Below are positions 51,828 to 60,085 of a stretch of 64,000 nt of DNA, piece after piece. Each line of letters starts with the position of its first letter. Within the stretch, counting starts at the first letter, position 1. The stretch lies in the IMG/VR virus record IMGVR_UViG_3300045988_160639; one strand, written 5' to 3'. Made by a program: the position numbers and the translations under genes. Below the pieces are notes generated by a model, which was not told the DNA's origin, did no database searches, and saw only the letters and a program-made list of their open reading frames with translations. This DNA is from a virus.

Positions 51828-52265
51828 CTAAAACAGGAGGTTGCTTTAGCAGGATTGTGTGCCACATATAACGCTAAATGGTTTGGTGGATATGCTGGAA
51901 TAGTACATACAAAAATAGGCACAAAGCGTAATTATTATGATGAAGCAGTAAGAAACGTACTCAAACAAGTGCCTATGCTTAAAGACGTAACGTTTACTTG
52001 TGGTGATTATCTCAGTATTATACCATACAATGCAGTAGTCTATTGTGATCCACCATATCAGGGAACTACGAAATATAAAGACGAGCTGAATTATGATACA
52101 TATTGGAATTGGGTCAGAGAAATAAGTAAAGATAATATTGTTTTATGTAGCGAATACAACGCTCCATCGGATTTTGAGTGCATATGGAGCAAGGAATTGA
52201 CTACTACATTAAATAATGCAAGCAGAAGCAAGGCGGTTGAAAAATTATTTACATACAAAAATTGA
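51828..52265 (+). CDS. C-terminal two-thirds of the Dam (D12-class) methyltransferase, with no start of its own
   Basis: LAGLCATYNAKWFGGYAG...VVYCDPPYQGT (motif IV DPPY). Confidence 0.75.
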   Translation, partial: LKQEVALAGLCATYNAKWFGGYAGIVHTKIGTKRNYYDEAVRNVLKQVPMLKDVTFTCGDYLSIIPYNAVVYCDPPYQGTTKYKDELNYDTYWNWVREISKDNIVLCSEYNAPSDFECIWSKELTTTLNNASRSKAVEKLFTYKN

Positions 52266-52330
52266 CCCTACAATAAAATTTTTCTTTTGTTAAATTATAA
52301 GTAAATAATAAAAAACGCATTAAAAATCAC

Positions 52331-52358
52331 TTGACAGAATTTCTCAAAGTGGTATAAT
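52331..52358 (+). promoter_or_regulatory. Promoter TTGACA-N16-TATAAT, preceded by the dispersed motif at 52293-52314
   Basis: Hexamers at 52331-52336 and 52353-52358; context nearly identical to the promoter at 40012. Confidence 0.6.
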
Positions 52359-52379
52359 AATAGTATCATAATTAAGGAG

Positions 52380-52604
52380 GTGATGAAACGAATGATAAAA
52401 TTTCAAAATGATTGCTGTGATTGTGCATTACATTGTCGAGGAAGCACTTGCAGAAACAGAAATGTTCCTCACTTTTATTGTGATGAGTGTGAAGATGAGG
52501 TAGAAGAGCTGTTTGAATATGACGGAGAACAAATTTGCCAAGATTGTCTTATTTCAACAGTGCCTAAAATTAAATTAGAAGATTACATAGAAAGTGATTA
52601 TTGA
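52380..52604 (+). CDS. Cys-rich small protein
   Basis: SD AAGGAGG; multiple CxxC. Confidence 0.5.
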   Translation: MMKRMIKFQNDCCDCALHCRGSTCRNRNVPHFYCDECEDEVEELFEYDGEQICQDCLISTVPKIKLEDYIESDY

Positions 52605-52619
52605 AAGGAAACGTGAATA

Positions 52620-53300
52620 ATGTATAATGAGAGAAAAACAAAGGGTACGTCCACCCTGACAGGTTTTATGGCTTTAAGTATTATCGTTCAGGCAACCGGT
52701 TTTTATTCTTTAACTTCTGCTTTAAACGAAATAGAAGTGAATAATAATATGAAAAACAAAAATTCAAGTATAACATACACCGCTGAAAATCTTGCTAAAT
52801 CAAGCAGCATTACTAATACATATTATGAAGTCCCTATGGAGATACCAATAGAAACATTAGATATTCCAACTTGCAATACTGAATTTAAAACCTACATGGA
52901 TTACCGTTGTATTACTGATAAAACTTCTGCTCAGTATGAACTTCAACAGTTTGCTTGGACTGATGAAGACGGTTTTCGCAGAATAGGTGATGATTACATA
53001 GTTGCAATGGGAACATATTATGCTGAAAATGTTGGGGACAGATTTAAGATAACTCTTGATACAGATAATGAAATAACAGTCATAATAGGGGATATTAAGC
53101 AGGACGTACACACAGATTATTTCAATCAGTACACACCTATTTATGATGAAAACGGCATCTTCTTTAGTGGTAACGTGCTTGAATTTATAGTTGACACGGA
53201 TGTTTTACCTAAAGTACCGAGAAGATTAGGAACAGTAAGCTATTTTAATTATTTAAAAGGAAATATAAAATCTATAGAAAGGATTGAAACAGAAGAATGA
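52620..53300 (+). CDS. Membrane-anchored or secreted hypothetical protein
   Basis: N-terminal hydrophobic helix LTGFMALSIIVQATGFYSL. Confidence 0.5.
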   Translation: MYNERKTKGTSTLTGFMALSIIVQATGFYSLTSALNEIEVNNNMKNKNSSITYTAENLAKSSSITNTYYEVPMEIPIETLDIPTCNTEFKTYMDYRCITDKTSAQYELQQFAWTDEDGFRRIGDDYIVAMGTYYAENVGDRFKITLDTDNEITVIIGDIKQDVHTDYFNQYTPIYDENGIFFSGNVLEFIVDTDVLPKVPRRLGTVSYFNYLKGNIKSIERIETEE

Positions 53301-53497
53301 CCCAAGCACAGTGGGATAGAAATGCGAGGTGTTTAAAGCATTTTAGACATTATATGAATAAGATGACTAAGGAGTATGAGCTAATTAACTCAGAAGCACC
53401 TACTAAAGTACATAAAGCAACTAATGAGGAAACCGAATATTACATGAGTATTCTTGATAAACGTAAGACAAGATATTTTAATCCGCTGTTAAATTGA
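53297..53497 (+). CDS. Hypothetical protein
   Basis: ATGA overlap with the upstream gene. Confidence 0.45.
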   Translation: MTQAQWDRNARCLKHFRHYMNKMTKEYELINSEAPTKVHKATNEETEYYMSILDKRKTRYFNPLLN

Positions 53498-53511
53498 AAG
53501 GAAGTGATAAA

Positions 53512-53796
53512 ATGAGCGATAAAATTGAAAGTATAAATATGAGTGTGGCTGTTTTTTCAGCAAATCTTGTAACTGTTAAAGATGTAGAAGAATTTGTCAG
53601 AGTAGCAAGTAGCTGTCCTAAAGGTACAGATATAAGTGTTCAGCACGGCAAGTTTATTACGGACGGTAAGTCTCTTATGGGTATTCTTTCTCTTAATCTG
53701 AGCGAACCTGTAGAGGTAGAAATCAAGTCAGATAAGAGTAGCGAAGTAATGAGTAAGATACTTAGTCAGTTTGATAAGTGGAGGGTTGAGGATTGA
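53512..53796 (+). CDS. HPr-fold-like protein lacking the phospho-His motif
   Basis: FVRVASSCPKGTDISVQHGKFITDGKSLMGILSLNLSEPVEVEI resembles the HPr core (…vdaKSimgimsL…), but there is no GxHARPA. Confidence 0.4.
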   Translation: MSDKIESINMSVAVFSANLVTVKDVEEFVRVASSCPKGTDISVQHGKFITDGKSLMGILSLNLSEPVEVEIKSDKSSEVMSKILSQFDKWRVED

Positions 53797-54455
53797 AAGT
53801 AGAACTTGTAAGATACACAAACGAACCTATTCTTGCAATGGAATCTGCTGCAAGCAACTGCTATAACAGTAAACCCTCATCTACTGGCAAGATTGTGAGA
53901 CAGTGCTATAATTCAGGGCATTTGTCAGTAATGGAATTTGCTCAGTTTCATTTTCACATCGAGGGTGTTTCAAGGGCTTTACTTGCACAGATAACACGTC
54001 ACAGGACAGGTAAATTTGAAGTAAGAAGTCAGAGATATTGTATAGAAGACGGTTTTGAATATGTAATTCCTAAGACTATTGCCAATAATCAATCGGCAGA
54101 TACAATTTATAAGAATATTATGGAACGTATTCAAACATCTTACAACGATCTGATTTCAATGGGTGTTCCTGCTGAAGATGCAAGAATGATATTGCCTAAT
54201 GCTTGTTGCACAGTTATTGACTGTTCTTTTGATTTTAGAAATTTAATGCACTTCTTTAATGAAAGACTTTGTACTCGTGCGCAGTGGGAAATAAGAGAAC
54301 TTGCACAGAAAATGAGACAATGTGTAATTGATACTTGTCCTGAACTTGCACCTTATTGCGTTCCCAAGTGTGAAGCTAATAAGATTTCATTCTGCCCTGA
54401 AAATAAGAGTTGCGGTAAATATAAAAGATTAGAGGAGATGATAATGATTGAGTAA
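53793..54455 (+). CDS. thyX: Flavin-dependent thymidylate synthase
   Basis: ThyX motif QITRHRTGKFEVRSQRY. Confidence 0.85.
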   Translation: MKVELVRYTNEPILAMESAASNCYNSKPSSTGKIVRQCYNSGHLSVMEFAQFHFHIEGVSRALLAQITRHRTGKFEVRSQRYCIEDGFEYVIPKTIANNQSADTIYKNIMERIQTSYNDLISMGVPAEDARMILPNACCTVIDCSFDFRNLMHFFNERLCTRAQWEIRELAQKMRQCVIDTCPELAPYCVPKCEANKISFCPENKSCGKYKRLEEMIMIE

Positions 54456-54990
54456 AAGAATATTTATTCTTAATGGTGTACATACATCTGGCAAAGATAC
54501 GTTTGTAAAATACATAAATGAATACGGTATTGATGTTGTTCATTACTCTTATGTGGACTTTACAAGTGATATGCTTGAAAGTAAGGGCATTAACATTAAG
54601 GACAAGTCAAATAAACTTAGAAAACTCCTTTGTGATGTAAATAATGCTCTTGAAGAGTATAATGATATTCCTTTTAAGGATTGTCTTAATATCGCTGATA
54701 ACTTTCATCAGAACTGGCTGGAAGGAGATTGGCTGTTCATTGATTGCAGAGAACCTAAGAAGATTGAACGTCTGAAACAGGCACTTAATGCAAAGACAGT
54801 ATTTGTTAAATCCAATAAGACAATTACAGCCGATAATTCGGCAGACAAGGCAGCAGCAGAGAATTATGAGTATGATTATATTGTTCAGAACACAGGTTCT
54901 CTTGATGACCTTAGAAATAACACGATAGACTTTATAAAGGACGTGATAAATATAAAGGACGTGATAAATATAAAGGACGTGATAAAGTGA
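54448..54990 (+). CDS. Deoxynucleoside monophosphate kinase (T4 gp1-like)
   Basis: P-loop ILNGVHTSGKDTF. Confidence 0.6.
   Translation: MSKRIFILNGVHTSGKDTFVKYINEYGIDVVHYSYVDFTSDMLESKGINIKDKSNKLRKLLCDVNNALEEYNDIPFKDCLNIADNFHQNWLEGDWLFIDCREPKKIERLKQALNAKTVFVKSNKTITADNSADKAAAENYEYDYIVQNTGSLDDLRNNTIDFIKDVINIKDVINIKDVIK
54934..54987 (+). repeat. 18-nt tandem repeat, three copies (ATAAAGGACGTGATAAAT), encoding IKDVIN repeats
   Basis: Two perfect copies and a third differing at the last base. It spans the gene junction and the GTG start of the next gene. Confidence 0.85.
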
Positions 54991-55523
54991 TTATAGGTGT
55001 TGACTGTGATAATGTCCTAAACAATCTCACCGAGAGCGTTCTTAAAGTCTATAACGAAGACTATAATGACAATCTTACACCAGATGATATTACTGATTAC
55101 TACATCGAAAACTTTGTTAAGCCTGAGTGTAAAGATAATTTCTATAAGCTTTTCACTGATAAAAGAGTATGGAAAGGAATTTCTGTAATTGACGGCTGTG
55201 TAGATGTGCTTAAAAAGTGGAACGATTTAGGTCATACAATTTATATTGTAACATCTACCGAGCCTGCAAATATGCTTAAAAAGGCTAATTGGTTGCAGAG
55301 AATACTTCCATTTCTGAATATTCGCAAGAGACTTATTTGTATTCAGAAGAAACAGCTGCTCAGTGAAATAGATGTTCTTATTGATGATTGTTATGATAAT
55401 CTCATAGGTGGTAAATACAGTAAGATTGTACTTGACTATCCTTGGAATAGAAATCATGATGATGAAGAACATTCTGTATGCAGATGTAAAGACTGGTCTG
55501 AGATTGAAAGGGTGATTAAATGA
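54987..55523 (+). CDS. 5'(3')-deoxyribonucleotidase (HAD superfamily, NT5C-like)
   Basis: N-terminal IIGVDCDNVLNN (DxDxV) motif. Confidence 0.6.
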   Translation: MIIGVDCDNVLNNLTESVLKVYNEDYNDNLTPDDITDYYIENFVKPECKDNFYKLFTDKRVWKGISVIDGCVDVLKKWNDLGHTIYIVTSTEPANMLKKANWLQRILPFLNIRKRLICIQKKQLLSEIDVLIDDCYDNLIGGKYSKIVLDYPWNRNHDDEEHSVCRCKDWSEIERVIK

Positions 55524-56716
55524 TAGTTATAAAAAGAAATGGGGATAAAGTTCCATTTGACAAGAGTAAGATTTATAATGCTGTGTTGAAAGCTTATGAG
55601 GAAGTTTATCCTAATTATAAGACGAATCAAAAAGATGCTGAAACAATAACTGATTTTGTTTTAAATAAGATACAACTTATGAATGAGATTACTGTTGAAC
55701 AGATACAGGACATTGTTGAAAATGCTCTCATTGAATATGATGGTATAGTTGCAAAGGCTTATATTACATATAGATATAAGAGAATGCTGGCAAGAAAAAT
55801 GAATAATACCGATGATACCATTCTTTCACTCATTGACTGTGCTAACGAAGAAGTTAAAGAAGAAAATTCAAACAAAAACCCTACATTACTTCCTACTCAA
55901 AGAGATTATATGGCTGGCACGGTTTCAAAGGATTTAACAAATAGAGTTCTTCTTCCAGATGATATTGTTAAGGCACATAATGATGGACTTATCCATTTCC
56001 ACGACTCTGACTATTTCGTTCAACATATGTCGAATTGTTGCCTTGTAAATCTTGGTAATATGCTTCAGAACGGCACAGTAATTTCAGGCACAATGATTGA
56101 AAAGCCTCATAGCTTTGCAACTGCTTGTACTATTACAACACAAATTATTGCACAAGTAGCAAGTAATCAGTATGGTGGTCAGAGTATTTCCTTATCAGCT
56201 CTTGCTCCCTTTGTTGATATTTCAAGAAAGAAAATAAGAAAGCAGGTAGAAGATGAGGTTAATCTTGTAAATGGTAAGACAATGGGACTTGATAATTATA
56301 CAATTGATAGGATAGTTGAAAATCGTGTTCTTGATGAGGTTAAACGTGGTGTTCAAACGATTCAGTATCAGATAGTAACTCTTATGACAACAAATGGTCA
56401 GTCCCCATTCGTAACCGTATTTATGTATTTGGGGGAAGTACAGGATAAGCAAACAAAACACGATCTTGCTCTGATTATTGAAGAAGTGCTTAAACAGCGT
56501 TATCAGGGAGTTAAGAATGAAGTAGGCGTTTGGATAACACCTGCTTTTCCGAAACTTATTTATGTCCTTGAAGAAGATAATATCCACGAGAACTCACCTT
56601 ATTATTATCTTACCAAACTTGCTGCAAAGTGTACTGCAAAAAGGCTTGTTCCAGATTACATTAGTGAAAAGGTAATGAAACAGCTTAAAGATGGTCATTG
56701 CTTTACAAGTATGGGT
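55520..56716 (+). CDS. nrdD: Anaerobic ribonucleoside-triphosphate reductase, exon 1
   Basis: ATP-cone N-terminus VIKRNGDKVPFDKSKI; ends ...CFTSMG, immediately before the conserved CRSFL. Confidence 0.85.
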
Positions 56717-57514
56717 TGACTATACAGCTCATATAAAACTCCGTGAACACATATTAAAGTGGTGTACATTTTACGTTTAGGAATCGTAGGAAATGACGAT
56801 TAGAAAATGTGCTGACAGGGAATGTCTTAAAAAAGAAGAATCCTGTGCTAAGACGCATACTTACAAATGCCTATGGGAGGTATTTGTATAGAAGAATACG
56901 ATGGATTTTTAGTAGATGAATACTTTAACATATTTAGCAAGCGAACTGGTAGAAAATTAACACCCTATATCGGAACTGATGGATATATGCACGTTCAATA
57001 TAAAATAGATAAATATAAATCTCATCGTAATAGGGTTCATGTTATTTTGGCTCATTGCTTTATTCCAAATCCAAATGGCTATAAATATGTTAACCATATT
57101 GACAGTAATAAACTTAATAATAGCTTAGAAAATTTAGAATGGTGTACTAATTCATATAACGTTAAACACGGTTGGGATAGTGGAAATAGAACTCATAAAA
57201 ATAATACAAGTGTTTCTGTGTTTGATTTGAAAAATAATTATGTTAATACATATAAATCAATTAGAAAATGTGGTGAATCACTTAATGTTGACAGACATAA
57301 GATAGCCAGAGTTTTAAAAGGCGAATTAAAAGAAGATTATTTAGGCTATTTGTTTAAGTATGCGTAAAGTTAAGAGACTACCGAAAACATAACACAGACA
57401 GTTCTGTGCGAAGAAGCGAGTAGGGTACATTCGAGTTTAATACGAATGGAAGTGCGGAGTATTAACCAACGTAGTGGTTAATAAAGATATAGTCCAGTGG
57501 TCGAAAGACCATTG
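56717..57514 (+). mobile_element. Group I-like intron 1 in nrdD, carrying an HNH homing endonuclease
   Basis: The exon ends in U and the intron ends in G. Joining the exons restores the conserved SMG-CRSFL sequence of class III RNRs. Confidence 0.7.
56867..57367 (+). CDS. HNH homing endonuclease (intron 1 ORF)
   Basis: VNHIDSNKLNNSLENLEWCTNSYNVKHG. Confidence 0.75.
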   Translation: MPMGGICIEEYDGFLVDEYFNIFSKRTGRKLTPYIGTDGYMHVQYKIDKYKSHRNRVHVILAHCFIPNPNGYKYVNHIDSNKLNNSLENLEWCTNSYNVKHGWDSGNRTHKNNTSVSVFDLKNNYVNTYKSIRKCGESLNVDRHKIARVLKGELKEDYLGYLFKYA

Positions 57515-58433
57515 TGCAGAAGCTTTCTTTCTCCTTGGAAAGATGAAAACGGAAATTATAAATTCTATGGCAGATTTAACAAAGGTGTTGTAACAATTAA
57601 CCTTGTTGATGTTGCGCTTACAGCAAAGAAGAATAACCCAAATGATATAATGACAGAATTTTGGAAGATATTTGATGAACGTCTGGAGCTTTGCCATAGA
57701 GCTTTAATTTGTAGATATGAAAGGCTTAAAGGTACACCATCAGATGTTGCGCCTATTCTTTGGCAGTATGGAGCATTAACAAGACTTAAAAAGGGTGAAG
57801 TAATTGATAAATACCTTACAGGTGGTTATTCAAGTATTTCTCTTGGCTATGCAGGTCTTTGGGAATGTGTTTATGCTTTAACTGGTCATAAACTTACCGA
57901 AAAAATAGGTCAGGATATTGGTAAGAAGATAATGCAGTATATGAACGATAAGTGTAACGATTGGAATAAAGACCTTAATCTCGGATTTTCAATTTATGGT
58001 ACACCTCTTGAATCGACAACATATAAGTTTGCCAAGTGTTTACAGAAGCGTTTCGGTATTATAAAGGGTGTAACTGATAAGAATTACATAACCAATAGTT
58101 ATCATATACACGTTACAGAACCTATTGATGCTTTCACAAAGCTTTCTATAGAATCTGAATTTCAGTCTCTTTCAACAGGAGGGGCAATATCTTATGTGGA
58201 GACCTCTAATTTAAGTAACAATATTGAAGCTGTGCTTGAAGTAATCAAGTTTATCTATGACCACATAATGTACGCTGAACTTAATACAAAATCTGATTAT
58301 TGTCAGGTGTGCGGATTTGACGGTGAGATACAGGTTATTGAAGATAAAGATACAGGCAAGCTCGTCTGGGAATGTCCTAATTGTGGTAATAGAGACGAAA
58401 AGAAGCTTAATGTTGCGAGAAGAACTTGTGGAT
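57515..58433 (+). CDS. nrdD: Anaerobic ribonucleotide reductase, exon 2
   Basis: CRSFLSPW...ISLGYAGLWE...GVTDKNYITNSYH...CQVCGF...CPNCG...ARRTCG, collinear with E. coli NrdD as I recall it. Confidence 0.85.
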
Positions 58434-59208
58434 TGAATTGATGTAGTCCACATTAAATAGGTTAAATTGCGGGGAAGTCCCCATAACCCTAATTCACCAC
58501 AACAGAACTGGAAACGGTAAATGTGATGGTGGTATGAATTTTTAATTCAACAGTCCGACAGGATAGAAACCATAAAAAGTAATTAGGATAGGGATAACCG
58601 AGTGTGCAAGTCACTCAAACGCATCGAAACTCCTTAACACATAATGGTGATGGAGGACGTTCAACGACTATAATACCTACTAATAACAAATAAAATTGCT
58701 AATAAAATTTATAAAAATAGAGGAAGAAATAATATAGAAGATATTAAACCTATACCTGATTTTAAAGGATATTATATAAGCAATGCTGGCAAAGTATATT
58801 GTAATCTTGGGAAAGGAAATAGAAATAAAAACAATACAGTTGACTTATATGAGATAAAACCAAGATTAACAAATGAGGGATATGCGAGAATATATGCTCG
58901 TCAAACATCAACTGATAAAAGAAAAGATTTATATATACATAGGTTAGTTGCACAAATGTTTATTGATAATCCCGATAATAAAAAATATGTAAATCATATT
59001 AATTGTGTTAGAAATGATAATAGAGTTGAAAACCTTGAATGGTGTACAGCTAAAGAAAATACATATCAAACAGAAAGATTAAAGCATGTAATACGAGACG
59101 ATACTGGTAAGTTTATTAGCAATTTTTCTTATCCAGCATAAAGACAAAAAGTTATTAGATTGTATAGTCTACTCCCTTTTAAATATTACGAAAGTAAGGG
59201 TATAAAGG
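58434..59208 (+). mobile_element. Group I-like intron 2 in nrdD, carrying an HNH/NUMOD4-type endonuclease
   Basis: The exon ends GGA-T and the intron ends in G. Joining the exons gives RRTCG-YIGSNFWNQG, the glycyl-radical motif. Confidence 0.7.
58674..59141 (+). CDS. HNH homing endonuclease (intron 2 ORF); conserved N-terminus has no canonical start, possible ATA at 58734
   Basis: IPDFKGYYISNAGKVY (NUMOD4-like) and VNHINCVRNDNRVENLEWCTAKEN (HNH). The first ATG, at 58956, would delete the N-terminal domain. Confidence 0.6.
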   Translation, partial: YLLITNKIANKIYKNRGRNNIEDIKPIPDFKGYYISNAGKVYCNLGKGNRNKNNTVDLYEIKPRLTNEGYARIYARQTSTDKRKDLYIHRLVAQMFIDNPDNKKYVNHINCVRNDNRVENLEWCTAKENTYQTERLKHVIRDDTGKFISNFSYPA

Positions 59209-59288
59209 ACATTGGTTCAAATTTTTGGAATCAGGGGCGAACTCAAGAAATAAAGGAAAGAGTTATACATCTTGGTGATGACGAATGA
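59209..59288 (+). CDS. nrdD: Anaerobic ribonucleotide reductase, exon 3 (C-terminal 26 codons)
   Basis: (Y)IGSNFWNQGRTQEIKERVIHLGDDE matches the conserved NrdD C-terminal tail. The stop overlaps the nrdG start (ATGA). Confidence 0.75.
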
Positions 59289-59776
59289 ATTACATAAAAA
59301 TCAGTAAGTGTGATACTGCTAACGGCACAGGCATAGGAGTTGTACTCTGGATATCGGGGTGCAACTGCCATTGCCACGGCTGTCATAATCCTCAAACTTG
59401 GGATTTCAACGCAGGGCAACCCTTTACAGAGGATACAATGCAGGAAATTCTCGAAGCGCTTGACAAGCCTTATATCTCTCGGCTAACTTTTTCGGGTGGA
59501 CATCCTCTTGACCCTAAAAATATAGACACTGTTACTAAAATTTCGCAAGAAGTATATGATAGATTTCCAACTATCAAGCAATGGCTATATACAGGGTATG
59601 AATGGAACTATATATTGTGTTTTGACGTTCTAAAAACACTACATATAGTAGTTGATGGGGCATATTTGCACGATAAAAGAGATATTTCATTAGCTTGGCG
59701 AGGAAGCTCAAATCAAAGAGTCATTGACGTTCAAGAAAGTCTTAAACAAAATAAAGTAGTCCTTTATTGTGAATGA
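59285..59776 (+). CDS. nrdG: Anaerobic RNR activating protein (radical SAM)
   Basis: GCNCHCHGCHNPQTW cluster motif; position directly after nrdD. Confidence 0.85.
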   Translation: MNYIKISKCDTANGTGIGVVLWISGCNCHCHGCHNPQTWDFNAGQPFTEDTMQEILEALDKPYISRLTFSGGHPLDPKNIDTVTKISQEVYDRFPTIKQWLYTGYEWNYILCFDVLKTLHIVVDGAYLHDKRDISLAWRGSSNQRVIDVQESLKQNKVVLYCE

Positions 59777-59839
59777 AACTAAACCGTAAAAAATAGGCTC
59801 TTGCCAAAATTAAAGACAAGAGCCTAAAAGGAGGGCGAA

Positions 59840-60085
59840 ATGTCAAGACCTAAGAAAACAGATGTTGAAACAGAAAATGCTAAATCACAATTAAGTAAAA
59901 CACCATTCAGTAAAGGTGAGACTGTCTGCTTGACCTATAAAACTGATGGTAAACCTAAATACTACATAACATCTACTGTACTCAGAGATGTTTATTACTT
60001 GTATGAAGTTACAAACGATACAATTATAAAAACTAAACACAAAGCCGATAATCCAACCGATTTATATAAACTTATGAGGGAGTGA
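59840..60085 (+). CDS. Hypothetical protein
   Basis: SD AAGGAGGG. Confidence 0.5.
   Translation: MSRPKKTDVETENAKSQLSKTPFSKGETVCLTYKTDGKPKYYITSTVLRDVYYLYEVTNDTIIKTKHKADNPTDLYKLMRE

Noticed and set aside
56717-59208. Inteins as the cause of the nrdD interruptions.
   Set aside because: The intervening sequences contain stops in the nrdD frame and separate SD-led HNH ORFs. The boundaries follow the U|...G| rule of group I introns rather than Cys/Ser...Asn intein junctions.
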